Origin: Candidatus Hydrogenedentota bacterium
Lineage (GTDB): Bacteria > Hydrogenedentota > Hydrogenedentia > Hydrogenedentales > SLHB01
Direction: 5' to 3'
Length of the DNA: 64,000 bases
NCBI GenBank assembly: GCA_963674865.2
Contig: CAXXYE010000001.1
Span: 32,001 to 96,000, forward strand
The notes below the pieces were generated by a model, which made no database searches, was not told where the DNA came from, and saw only the letters and a program-made list of their open reading frames with translations. Numbering within the stretch: position 1 is the stretch's first letter; every line of letters begins with the position of its first letter. A program made the translations under genes and the position numbers. Of the stretch, positions 37,701 through 47,500 are shown in pieces.

Positions 37701-38313
37701 CGGGGGAGGCGCCCGTGACTTCCGTCCGCACCTGAAGTCCTACGGCGTCCGCCAGTGCAATGGCCGTTAGATTCACCGTCACGCCGCCAAAAGCATTATC
37801 ACGAAGCGTGTACTCGCAGCGTCCCTCTACGTAGCGGACATCGATGTCTGCCCATGCGTGAAACCACTTGTCGCCTCCACGTGCGTCCGTGAGTCCGAGG
37901 CGCAGGTGGCCAAGGAGCCCTCCCGCGGCATGGTAGTCGAACAAGAATCGTGGCGCATTGTAGGCCAGTACCAGCGGCCGGAAGGGATATCGTTCGGTTT
38001 GGACAAGCTCTTCCTCGCTGCAGACAAGGGACTTGTCCGCCGGCGGATACAAGGGGCGCCGATGGTTGCGTGGATTCGTCAGGATTCGGCCAATCGGATC
38101 TTCCGGCCGCAACCGACCGTAGTCCGGTATCAGCCCTGCTGCTCTATGTCCCTGCCCTATCCGTTCGATAGGCGGAGGGTCGGGCGCGCAGTCCTTGTAG
38201 GCGCTTTCCGCGCGTAAACGGATTTGCCAGCCGCCTCGAATCGGCGCGTATCCTTCAGTCACCGGCCGTCTCTCCTGCGTGGCTACCGTGTCCTTGCCAA
38301 ATATCTTGCACAC
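34789..38313 (-). CDS. Large DUF4450-like protein with predicted (alpha/alpha)6 glycoside hydrolase-like core
   Basis: LVWAYGGAS, TPDAHLN, YVHGGWSWRQAYLGWR, YNMNEVFID, YFDYTGD, LYENALNTWISD, EGLFGI. Family recognised from memory; start uncertain. Confidence 0.6.
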   Translation of the reverse strand: MCKIFGKDTVATQERRPVTEGYAPIRGGWQIRLRAESAYKDCAPDPPPIERIGQGHRAAGLIPDYGRLRPEDPIGRILTNPRNHRRPLYPPADKSLVCSEEELVQTERYPFRPLVLAYNAPRFLFDYHAAGGLLGHLRLGLTDARGGDKWFHAWADIDVRYVEGRCEYTLRDNAFGGVTVNLTAIALADAVGLQVRTEVTGASPGARLVWAYGGASAFFTNYDFGAPEFGFSPEQCAKNTYVISENTFELQRAFDDSDRVMQEWTFPREFLKTWQATVRGGCSTSGSLGFAAAETFEKAPGALLAAVEPDENDGPHSKAGCVVVGHAALSQGVIDTFVTVGMGNNIEAAIAHPNQAWRSAHARNASIAGRFVLRTPDAHLNAAATMMAFANDSLWASQAYVHGGWSWRQAYLGWRILYGPVCCGWTERVRQSIMRHCQLGRITEGPDRGGIGSMLENPSFGYNMNEVFIDMTRHYFDYTGDLVLMEDIFPVLEGMLDRENRRLRPTEVPLYENALNTWISDAHWSILGHCTQSSAYMLRAYEFVANIAGHLGKDPEPFREGAKAIRNALQETLWQTRKGTFAEYRDTRGNRLLHREPELPSLYHAAEFGAADALQVYLMLNWADGHLKQERTPGGGLQYWSSDWFPNHGRSYTHSTHEMAYAEELNFAEMNLFAGRGDVAYALIRSTFSGMFNGPTPGGLACHAFVDGTQRGNDEFADAESMWVRAVAEGLFGIRVDRLNRIVTLAPQLPEDWDGVSIETPHFAFTFKRSEGRIEIEWRSPVKTGVRLTLPLRATEVSSMNVNRRKSDFRLREGVGLTWLEAEAPSATEGNFSVAFVPETPFQPEPVMFTASEVADMAVPGVVIDKWLDPQCLLAEARVEGDRLVGRTQGAAGPGLLFVSEKRPDCPRWLPVRVSVAPREPMTRNVWKAPDTPSGILEPWIMFDLGGLYNAEVPNAPQKAADGAIAPEMSYSQVGFDYWRNHLTARMSPPCDEAWRAKIGVDGVAWAADGIPFKSPREGDNIAVVSLHNHAFPPKITFPAGARGTILYLMVSGVTHPNQSHVINLRVTLRYADGAEDARGLVNPFGIGDCWSTWCGTYFDTPANGFENIGGRNGPAGTCETRGESLPVAVDTIAHLVPFDLRLGVELASVTFEAIANDVAFGLMGASILKGESG

Positions 38314-38486
38314 CAGTGCGGCGCCGCCACCGCGGGCCCGAATCTCTCGCGAGATGTCCTATTGAGCATCTTGCAGTTTCAGGCCATCCATACTACCCTC
38401 CGCCGGCATCTTTGAAAAGGATCCTTGCGATGTCTTATAAGTGCGTTTCGTAGAGCCGGGCCGGGAAACGCAAGAGGAAGACAAGC

Positions 38487-40115
38487 ATGAAGTCGAAGTA
38501 TCCGCCTCCGAACTGGGGTGTACAGCTTTACAGTCCTGGCGAGGTCGGCCGAACATTCGTCACTATGCGCGATGGGGCGAAGCTCTATATCGAGGTCTTC
38601 CGTCCGGATGCTCCGGGGCCCTTTCCCGTTTTGTTGTTGCGCAATCCCTATCACAACGTCGGCATGCCGCCTCAGTCCCGTGGCCGGGACACGCATCGTG
38701 AACTGGTATCCCGCGGCTACGCGGTCGTGGAAGCTGAGGTGCGAGGAACAGGGCTTTCCGAAGGGCAGTTTCGATTCCTTCATAATGACGGCGACGACGG
38801 CTACGACACCATTCTCTGGATCATGGAGCAGCCTTGGTGCGATGGCAACATCGGCCTGATGGGCGGTTCCTATCTGGCGATGGATCAGTTTGCCGTGGCT
38901 GCACAGAATCCGCCCGGCCTCAAGGCGATGCTTCCCGAGATTGGCGGCGCCGACCTCTACAATGACATGGCCTATCGCGGCGGTGTGCTGAACCTCTTGC
39001 TTATCCGATGGACTATCGGCCAGATAGCGCATATCACGGCGCCGAAGTTCCCCCAATTCACCTCTGCTCCGGAGGAGGTCGAGCCGGCCATCTACGAAAT
39101 GCAGGAAAAGTGCCACGGTGAGCGCATCCAGGCCAGCGTCGAACGGGCTTTGGCCGGATTGCCCCTGTACGAAGACACTTTCTTCAAGGAATGGATGGCG
39201 CATCCCAACGATGGCCCCTTCTGGCAGGAGGTGTCGCCCTACAGTTTCTTCTCCGACATCAAGACACCTGTCTTCTGTCTTGGCGGCTGGTTCGACTTTT
39301 TCATCGAGGGCACATTGAGGAGTTTCGTCGAGATCGATGCCCCCAAGAAGCTCCTGATCGGCCGATGGTTTCACGGCGAGAGAGAGGGCTTCGACTCGCT
39401 CAACGTGAAATTGCGCTGGTTCGACTACTGGCTCAAAGGGATCGATACGGGCGTGATGGACGAGCCGCCCGTGAGGCTGTTCGTGATGGGCAAGAATGAG
39501 TGGCGGTATGAGCAGACATGGCCGCCGCCGGCCACTTCTTCCAAGTTCTTCCTGCGAAGTGGCGACGCTGCCTCAGGGAGTCTCAACAGCGGGAACCTGA
39601 GTCTGAGTGCCCCGGGAGATAGCGAGGCGTTCGATGAAATCGCCCACGATCCGGCGCGCCCCGTTCCCAGCATCGCCTATCGAAATGCCGACATCCGCCG
39701 TGCGGAAGAGGCCATGCTCACCTACACGACAGAGCCGCTTGACGACGACATCGAGGTGACGGGGCCTGTTGAAGTCCGCCTGTACACATCGACGGACGCC
39801 ACTGACGTGGACTGGTTCGTGAAGCTGACGGAAGTGCATCCGGACGGAAGCTCCATCGTGCTTTCCTCGGGCGTATTGAAGGGCTCGCACTACCGATCGC
39901 ATGAGTTCCCTGAGGAACTGGCGCCGGGACGGATTTACCCTCTCACGATTCCGCTGGCGTCGCTATGCCGTGTCTTTCCTAAGGGGCACCGGATCAGGAT
40001 CGGGATCGCCAACAGCGACTTCCCCGAGTTCAACCTCAACCCACTTGCTTCGACGAGCCGAGTCTACCGCGACGCGGAGCGCGCATCTCACCTCTTGCTT
40101 CCCGTCCGCGGCTGA
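38487..40115 (+). CDS. CocE/NonD family serine hydrolase
   Basis: MRDGAKL, RNPY, VRGTGLSEG, GGSYLA nucleophile elbow, GGWFD, WFDYWLKG, EVTGP. Confidence 0.92.
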   Translation: MKSKYPPPNWGVQLYSPGEVGRTFVTMRDGAKLYIEVFRPDAPGPFPVLLLRNPYHNVGMPPQSRGRDTHRELVSRGYAVVEAEVRGTGLSEGQFRFLHNDGDDGYDTILWIMEQPWCDGNIGLMGGSYLAMDQFAVAAQNPPGLKAMLPEIGGADLYNDMAYRGGVLNLLLIRWTIGQIAHITAPKFPQFTSAPEEVEPAIYEMQEKCHGERIQASVERALAGLPLYEDTFFKEWMAHPNDGPFWQEVSPYSFFSDIKTPVFCLGGWFDFFIEGTLRSFVEIDAPKKLLIGRWFHGEREGFDSLNVKLRWFDYWLKGIDTGVMDEPPVRLFVMGKNEWRYEQTWPPPATSSKFFLRSGDAASGSLNSGNLSLSAPGDSEAFDEIAHDPARPVPSIAYRNADIRRAEEAMLTYTTEPLDDDIEVTGPVEVRLYTSTDATDVDWFVKLTEVHPDGSSIVLSSGVLKGSHYRSHEFPEELAPGRIYPLTIPLASLCRVFPKGHRIRIGIANSDFPEFNLNPLASTSRVYRDAERASHLLLPVRG

Positions 40116-40121
40116 CGGAAC

Positions 40122-40766
40122 CTACCGGCAGAGCGCCCTATAGACGCTTTCGGCGATGGCGAGGTGCCCGGTGGCGTTCGGATGGACGGGCTCCGGGCAG
40201 AACGTGTCTGCTTCGTGGTATTTGAGGAGTTTCTGGAACATTTCGTGCGTTTTCACGAGGCGCGTTCTGTATTTCCGGCTCATTTTGTGAACCACGGCCA
40301 CATACTTGGGCAGTAGCCCGAGCACACTGTGGCGGAACGAGCTGGCCGAACGCTCGCGGCTCAGGTAGAAGGGGTCGATGAGGAGAATACGGCATTTCGG
40401 AAGGGCTACCCGTGCTCGTGAAAGGATGTCGTTGTAGACGGCCTCGAAGACCTCAGGCGTGACGGCGTCAGGGACATTGCGCAGACAGCTGTGCAAGTCG
40501 TTGATGCCGATCTTGATGGACAGCCAGTCCGGCTTGTGGCGGAGCACATCATCCGTCCAGCGTCCCTGGAGGTCCGTAACGCGATTGCCGCCAATGCCTT
40601 TGTTGATGATCCGTACGCATTTCTGCGGTTCGAGGATAGTGAACACGTCGGCGAAGAGTTTGACGTACCCGTTGCCTAGCGGGCGTTCCGCGCCGCGTCT
40701 CCCGCAGTCGGTGATGCTATCCCCGACAAACAGGATCGTCTCTTTGTTCTTGATCTTCGTAGGCAT
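40122..40766 (-). CDS. SGNH/GDSL esterase
   Basis: GDSITD, NKGIGG, IGIND, EPVHPNATGH. ATG 40766 follows GGAGG. Confidence 0.9.
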   Translation of the reverse strand: MPTKIKNKETILFVGDSITDCGRRGAERPLGNGYVKLFADVFTILEPQKCVRIINKGIGGNRVTDLQGRWTDDVLRHKPDWLSIKIGINDLHSCLRNVPDAVTPEVFEAVYNDILSRARVALPKCRILLIDPFYLSRERSASSFRHSVLGLLPKYVAVVHKMSRKYRTRLVKTHEMFQKLLKYHEADTFCPEPVHPNATGHLAIAESVYRALCR

Positions 40767-40860
40767 GCAGTTGCCCTCCTTGTGACGCACCGATATTGCT
40801 GGTTGCAGCAGCAGATGCCGCTCCAAGCGCGTCGGGAGGGTATTACGAGAAGACGGAGTA

Positions 40861-40910
40861 ATTCAAGAAGAGCCCGCCGTTCGGACGAAACACATCGCCC
40901 GAACGGCGGG
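40861..40910 (-). terminator. Intrinsic terminator after the TIM-barrel lipoprotein gene
   Basis: Stem CCCGCCGTTCGG (40873-40884) / CCGAACGGCGGG (40899-40910), followed on the minus strand by CTCTTCTTGAAT. Confidence 0.65.
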
Positions 40911-40943
40911 GCTTCCGCTCTTGTTAGGGGGCGTGGCCTGAGG

Positions 40944-41846
40944 CTACCGCGTCAATTCCCGCGCCACGCCGTCGAAGTAGGCGACGCCCTGGGCGATTTC
41001 CGGCACGGAATCGTCCCAATGATACTCATACTCGACGGAGAACACAGCTTCGAGGCCCTGCCTCTTTACCTCGGTGAGTATGGCCTTCACGTCGGCCTCA
41101 CCGGTTCCCCAAGGCACGTCGTGCGTCTCCTTGCTCTTGCCGTACTGGTTGAGGTCCTTGAAGTGGAACGAGATGATTCGCCCCTCCAGCTTCTTGATGG
41201 CGTCGACGGGCTTGATGTTCGACCTCATCCAGTGGCCTGTGTCGGCGCAGGCGCCGATACGCTTGCTCCGCCCTTGACAGACCTTTAAGACGGTGTCGGG
41301 ATTCCAGTAGTGCGACGGCTCGGGATGATTGTGGATGGCGACATTGATCTCGTATTCCTGGGCAAGGCGATCAATGAGGTCAAAGGCATCTTCTGGAGGT
41401 TCGGATACGATGGTTTCGATTCCCATTTCCTTGGCGAAGTCGAAGACCTTCCGGCAATCAGCCTCATTATTCGATAATCCGACGACGCCGTAGTTCACAA
41501 GCTTCACGTCGGATGCTTCCAACTTCTTCAGGATCTCCTCCTGTAGTTCCGAGGGTAGGTTGTGGTCAAAGCGGATATCCGGCTGCTCCGTGCTGAGGCG
41601 CTGCCCGGGATAGGCCTCGACGTAGTGAAGTCCAAGCGAAGCAACCTTGTCGATGGCTTCGTAGAATGTGAAATGGTTGAAGCTGTAGGCCTGACAGCCG
41701 AGATGCCATCCCAGCGCCTCCGCCGCGGGGGCCCCTTCAGGTGCTGCGGCATTCTGTCCGGATTTCTCGGCAGCCTGCTGCATGGTGGTGCATGACGTTA
41801 TCATGAGCGATGCCAACATGCAGACTGCGAACGCTAGTGTCTTCAT
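40944..41846 (-). CDS. Lipoprotein, sugar phosphate isomerase/epimerase (xylose-isomerase-like TIM barrel)
   Basis: Lipobox ITSC, with QAYSF, IHNHP, CADTGHW, HFKD, PWGTG, VEYE. Confidence 0.85.
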   Translation of the reverse strand: MKTLAFAVCMLASLMITSCTTMQQAAEKSGQNAAAPEGAPAAEALGWHLGCQAYSFNHFTFYEAIDKVASLGLHYVEAYPGQRLSTEQPDIRFDHNLPSELQEEILKKLEASDVKLVNYGVVGLSNNEADCRKVFDFAKEMGIETIVSEPPEDAFDLIDRLAQEYEINVAIHNHPEPSHYWNPDTVLKVCQGRSKRIGACADTGHWMRSNIKPVDAIKKLEGRIISFHFKDLNQYGKSKETHDVPWGTGEADVKAILTEVKRQGLEAVFSVEYEYHWDDSVPEIAQGVAYFDGVARELTR

Positions 41847-41945
41847 TACTTCGCTTCCTCGCATTGTCAATTCCTTCTATATTCCAGACAATCCATGATA
41901 AGCGTTGCGGCGAGCGCAGGCAAGGAGCGGGGCCTGGGGATCGGC

Positions 41946-43121
41946 CTAGGACTGGGATTCCATCTCATTCAGCGAGGCGGTGATTTCCTCGATTCTCGAC
42001 TGCTTGCCCGAGTCATCCATTTCCTCGTGAATTCGGATGAAATCCTTTTCGATCTCCAGGAAGGTGCTGATGACCTCAGGATCGAAGTGGGTCCCTCGCC
42101 CCTCCAGGATGATGGCCTTCGACTTCTCGTGGGGGAGCGGGTCTTTGTAGGGGCGCTTAGAACAGAGCGCGTCGTACACGTCGGCCAAGGCCACAATGCG
42201 TGCCGCCAAGGGGATCTCTGTTCCCTTCAATCCCATCGGATAGCCCGTCCCATCCCAGCGTTCGTGGTGGTAGAAGGCGATGTCTTGGCCCATGGCCAGA
42301 AAAGCATCATGCCCCGCCTCGAGATTGGCCGCCTTGAGCGTATCCCCGCCCATCGTCGTGTGCGTCTTCATGACGCTCCATTCTGGGCCCGTCAGCTTCC
42401 CCGGCTTGAGGAGGATCCGATCCGGCACGCCCACTTTGCCAATATCGTGGAGTGGACTGGACTGGTAAAGTGCTTCCAAGAAAGTATCAGTGACCTGCTC
42501 CCGATAGGCCGAAGAGCGGGCCATATGCTCACCAACGGCCCTTGTGTACGATCGAATTCGCTCAAGGTGCTCGCCGGTTTCCGTATCCCGGGATTCTGCA
42601 AGCTTCGCCAAGCTAAAGACCGCCGCCTGTTGTGTTCGAGCCAACTGCGCCGTTCGTTCGGCGATACGCTTTTCTAGAGTCTCGTTGTAGCCTTCCAGTT
42701 GCCGCTGGTACTCGATCACCTGATCTTGGAGTCGCTTGGCCTCGAGCGACGTGTGGATGCGCGCCAGAAGCAGCGTCGCATCGAAGGGCTTCATCACGAA
42801 GTCGTCGGCCCCGGCTTGGACGGCTTTGATATTCGCTTCCCGATCGAGCATCCCCGTAATGATGATGACAGGGATATGCCGTGTCTTCGGTTCCCCCTTC
42901 AAACGCTGGCATACCTCGAAACCGTCTATTTTCGGGAGTACCAAGTCCAGGAGGATCAAATCCGGCGGTGCTGCCGCCACCTTATCGAGCGCCTCGGCGC
43001 CATCCGACGCCGACTCTACCAGGTATCCCTTCGGAGTCAGGAACCGGTTGAGCAGCGTCACATTTTCTGCCAGGTCATCGACGACCAAGATCTTCGGAGG
43101 CGCTTCTTGTACCTCTTTCAT
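41946..43121 (-). CDS. Response regulator with HD-GYP domain (RpfG-like cyclic di-GMP phosphodiesterase)
   Basis: REC domain (VVDD, LLDLVLP, KP), then ETGEHLER, HDIGK, HHERWDGTGYP, ADVYDAL. Confidence 0.93.
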   Translation of the reverse strand: MKEVQEAPPKILVVDDLAENVTLLNRFLTPKGYLVESASDGAEALDKVAAAPPDLILLDLVLPKIDGFEVCQRLKGEPKTRHIPVIIITGMLDREANIKAVQAGADDFVMKPFDATLLLARIHTSLEAKRLQDQVIEYQRQLEGYNETLEKRIAERTAQLARTQQAAVFSLAKLAESRDTETGEHLERIRSYTRAVGEHMARSSAYREQVTDTFLEALYQSSPLHDIGKVGVPDRILLKPGKLTGPEWSVMKTHTTMGGDTLKAANLEAGHDAFLAMGQDIAFYHHERWDGTGYPMGLKGTEIPLAARIVALADVYDALCSKRPYKDPLPHEKSKAIILEGRGTHFDPEVISTFLEIEKDFIRIHEEMDDSGKQSRIEEITASLNEMESQS

Positions 43122-43447
43122 GGGCCACCTCGAATATCTGCGGCCTGGCGTACGTGCCGCAGCCAAAGGGAACGCCTTCGTACCCTCAAATACATCCTAT
43201 CTAGCACACTGCACGCCGAATGATACCACACACTGAGCATTTACGCAAGTCCAAGTTCGGGCTTGGCTTACACAACTCTTCATTCTAGGATATTGGCTTG
43301 CGTGGCCTTCCCATATTCACTCCTTCCGCGTAATGCTTGTACGTCTCTGTTGATTTCCTTATATTGAGTTCGCCATAGCGTCTTGCACGGCGCCATGGCT
43401 CGGAGTCTAGGAGACAGTCTTGGCATATGTGTGGCGTTTAGGAGGAA

Positions 43448-44530
43448 TTGGCGATGATTCGCATAGGGGTTGTTGGTGGAGGAACGTACGGCGAGAGTCA
43501 CCTGACTGTCTACAAAGACCTGGAGAAGCACGGAAGGATCCAGCTTGCCGCTCTGGCCGAGGCAGACGGGCCGCGGCGCCAGCAGCGTAAAGATGAGTTC
43601 GGTATCCCCGTGTACGCGACTCATCTCGAGATGCTTGAAAGTGAGGAGCTGGACGGCGTTACCGTTGCAACGCCGGATCACCTCCATTGTCAGATCGCCC
43701 TCGACGTTCTCGAGCGCGGCCTCCACTGTATGGTTGAGAAGCCCTTGGACGTTACCGTGGAGGGATGCCGCCAGATGATCGCCAAGGCTGAAGAGAAGGG
43801 CGTGCTTCTCGAAGTCGATTTCCACAAGCGCTTCGATCCTTACCATATGGAAATGCGCGAGTCCTTCCTCGAAGGCAAGTTCGGAGAAGTCGAGTACGGC
43901 TACTCTTGGATGGAAGACAAGCTCTTCGTTCCCGTCAGCATGCTTCAGGCCTGGTCGGCCCACAGTTCACCCGTTTGGTTTCTTGGCGTGCATATGTATG
44001 ACCTCGTCCGCTGGATCATGGGCAATCCGGATCCGGTGCGCGTATACGCGACTGGCGAGAAAAAGAAGCTTGTGGCTATGGGCATCGATACCTATGACGC
44101 CGTGCAGGCTCAGGTGCAATTCGACAACGGGGCAAACATCACCTTCCACAACTCATGGATCCTGCCGGACAACTTCGAGGCTGTGGTGCATCAGGGCGTC
44201 AAACTCGTGGGGACGGAGGGCATTTTCGAATGCGATTCCCAGTACCGCGGCGGGCGTGGCTGCCTGAAGGAGGAACCAATGCGCACGTGGAATCTCGGCA
44301 TCAAGTACCGCGAACGCGATAAGCGCAACCAGGTTCACTTGCGCGGCTACTTCCAGTCGTCCATCGCGGATTTCGCCGAGAATCTTCTTTTTCTTGAGAG
44401 CGGCGGCACCGTGGCTGACCTCGAAGGGCTCTACCCATCGGGCCAAGACGGCCTCGTAATCACGCAGATGGCCTGTGCGGCCCACGAGAGCGCGGCTTCG
44501 GGCCTGCCCATCGACATCGCTGCCGTCTAG
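43448..44530 (+). CDS. Gfo/Idh/MocA family oxidoreductase
   Basis: IGVVGGG, ATPDHLH, VEKP, HKRFDP, LGVHMYD, with SD AGGAGG. Confidence 0.9.
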   Translation: MAMIRIGVVGGGTYGESHLTVYKDLEKHGRIQLAALAEADGPRRQQRKDEFGIPVYATHLEMLESEELDGVTVATPDHLHCQIALDVLERGLHCMVEKPLDVTVEGCRQMIAKAEEKGVLLEVDFHKRFDPYHMEMRESFLEGKFGEVEYGYSWMEDKLFVPVSMLQAWSAHSSPVWFLGVHMYDLVRWIMGNPDPVRVYATGEKKKLVAMGIDTYDAVQAQVQFDNGANITFHNSWILPDNFEAVVHQGVKLVGTEGIFECDSQYRGGRGCLKEEPMRTWNLGIKYRERDKRNQVHLRGYFQSSIADFAENLLFLESGGTVADLEGLYPSGQDGLVITQMACAAHESAASGLPIDIAAV

Positions 44531-44550
44531 CCCCGGGAGATTCTGCCGTC

Positions 44551-47500
44551 CTAGAGTGCGGGGACAGCCGCTTGGTTGTTCTCCTCGAAGATCTCTTCGA
44601 TGGCTTGGCTGCGGTCAAGACACACGCTCAGATTGGCCCCTTTGCCCAGTCCATCGAAGATAACCGTCTCCCGCCGCGCCGCGAAATCCTCACTCGGCGA
44701 GCCCATCTTTGCTATGGTGCGGCTCGCCAGCACGCGACCTCCGGCGTCCACGATGTCCACCTGAACGTCTTTCGCCGGGGCCGGGCCGATGTTGTGCACC
44801 GTGACCTCGATAGTATCGTCCGCTTTACGGTGCACGTCCCGGGCGCTTACGGCCAAGTCAGGCAGCATTTCAGGTTCGGGCAGTGGCTCGATCTGCTCGA
44901 TCTTGATCGCGATGTTTTTCCTCGGAGGCGCCGTGATGGGGAGTCTGGCGAAGCGGCCCAATTCCAGTGTGTCTGGATTCTGGGGAGTGAAGGCCACTTT
45001 GAACAAAGACTCGATAACGCCATCGTCGTTGTCGTCAGATCCTATCGTAACGCGATACCGGCCTTTCGCCAGGCGCCACAAGCGCATGGTGGCCTCGATG
45101 GGACGTTCTCGGAAGTTGTACAGATTCACCAACAGGCTTTTCTCATCGGCGTATGACACGAGTCGCGCCAAGTCTTCTGTTTCAATCCCTTCCCAGCTTA
45201 CGGCGATTCCGATGGGATACGGCTCTGCACGGCCTTGGACGCGGCCGCCGAGCATCGCGGCCACAAGCTCGTCCCGTCCGATGCCCCGCTGGTTATCCGT
45301 ATGAACGCGTGCCTCGGTAAATCCGAACACCGCTGCGTCATCTGTCCGCTCCACGAGGTCCATCAGCCGCCCCGCCAAGCGTGCGCGCTCGCAAATCTCG
45401 TGTGCCGGCGGCTGCGGCGTCGCGCCCCAGTACCAGGCGACGTGCGTGTGCGAGTATTCGAGGACCTCCGCCTCCATCTGCTCGATGAGCGTGGCCTGCT
45501 CCTTGTTCCGCATGGCGCGATCGCCGGAGAGAGGCGGCAATCCCTCGGCCGCCCGCCGGGCGTTCGTCGCGCTCACCAACTCGTGGTACCGCTCCGTCGT
45601 GCGGAGTTCCCGTTCGACTACGTGCGGTTCTCCGAGGCCGAACGCCAAGGTCAGGCCCCGGCTGCCGATGAAATCCGTAATGTGGAGCGGGTCGATAGGC
45701 CAAATATCGCAATAGCCGTCGTGAAAGATGCCCAACGCCTCCAAACCTTCGTAGAAGGCCAGCCATGCCTTGCGCGTGACTTCATCGCCCGCCAGCGGCA
45801 TGTTCGGCCAACCGAGGAGAATGAAAGGATCGTCGTTGGGCCCGCCCCAGAACATGCCGTCCTTTCGCTGCTGCGCCGCGATCCAGTGTGTCACCTCCCG
45901 GTTCAGCCGATACAACTCGCGTTCCACACGGCCCACGCCGGTGCGTTCTCTGGCGTATTCAGCACCATCGGGCGGCGTACGTCATTATCCTCGATCATTC
46001 CAAACCACTGGCGTTTGAAGACTAAGGTTCGGTACAGGTTCGCTCGCGCGTTCCCGGGATCGTGCCGCAACACGGCCAGCACGGGATAGGCCATGTCGTA
46101 CGACCCGCCGAAAACGTCCCACGACAGGAGGCTTACTTTCTCGCCCGTGAAGCGCCAGGGGCGGTAGTTGTACTCCTTCATGTACTGCATCCACGCGGGA
46201 AGCATCTCATGCTTTACGTACGTCTGCAGGGCTTTCTCGCGATTCTTCGCCGGAAACGCGGCCAGCGTCGCCGGGTGTTGCGCGTCGCCGAAAATGAGGT
46301 CGCAGCCTTCAGCGGACGTCAACTCCACCAGCACGCGATCTTCGCTTGCAACCATAAGGTCGATAATATCCATGACAACGGACACGGCCTGCGGCGTATC
46401 AGCCTCCGGAAACTCCACCCGCAGGCACGTCTGCGCCCAGATGCGCGCCGGATTGGCCGGATCGCGCAGCTTGAGCCACCAGTAGTCTGTCAAGGCGCTT
46501 GGCCGCACAGCAAATCGATTCCGAGAGTGTCCAAGGCGAAGTCCGGCTGAAATCCGGCCCCGGCCAGATGGACGGCTTGGAGCGGCTGCAGCGTCAGTTT
46601 CGAGGCGGAGGCAGGATGCGGCCCGCTCGCGACCACGGCGCGGTCGCCGCTGCTCTTGAGCTTCTGCAAGGCCCCGGCGTAGCGCTCGAATCCGCCGAGA
46701 CTCAACTCCGGCGACAGGTGCCACTGCCTGCCTCCGTACCTGTTTCCTTCTGCCGCTTTCCTTGTCTCCACCTGCCAGAGGTGTACTTCGTGGAGCCGCG
46801 TTTTCCCGCTAAGCGGTAGGTGCGCGCTTCCCTCGAGATCCTCCGGCACGCCGTACTCCTTCACGAAGGGGATTCGCAGCGTCGACGCCCCGCGTGTCTC
46901 GATCTTCCGCGAATAGAAGAATGGCTCATAGCCTTCAACGGCGAGTGCCGGCCTATCGACGTTGAAAGTGTCACCATTGCCGGCCAGCACGTTGAGGTCG
47001 TCGATCGTGCCTTCCACAGCGATGAAGTTCGGCTTCTCGCCGGGGGCTAGGTCGATGTCGAGCTTTGTCCCATGGAAGTCCACATCGCCTAACACGAAGG
47101 TGAAGAGGCGGTACGGATGAGGCCAGGCTAGTTCGTAGCGCCCATCCAGGATCCACCACGCCGGGATCTTCTCGTCATGGCAAGCCTTCACTTCCGTTTG
47201 CTTCATGCGCAGGCTCTCGCGCCCCGCGCGAACCGTCGGAAGTTCCAGGCTGTCGAGGTCTCCGTAGAGCGCCAACAACCGCTGCCTGGCAGACGCGTCC
47301 AGTGAATCTTCGGAATCCGGTGGGAGAGGGGGCGCTGAGTTGGTTCTGAACAGCGAGGCGACGGCCTCATCCGTGAGGGGGTAGTCGAAGAAACAGATCT
47401 CGTCGTAATACGACTCAAGCAGAAACGGACTGAACAGGCCGGGAAAGGGCGTCTGCCACCAGGCGTCCTGTCCCCAATTTGAGGCGATGATCTCGCCATT

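Noticed and set aside
43421..43437. Sigma54-like TTGGCATATGTGTGGCG before the Gfo/Idh/MocA gene
   Set aside because: The -12 box is poor and the implied start site would fall at the start codon, excluding the clear SD.
45903..46530. Programmed ribosomal frameshifting in the LamG/CARDB gene
   Set aside because: No slippery heptamer at either junction. Two sequential shifts in a secreted protein are better explained by mutation or assembly error.
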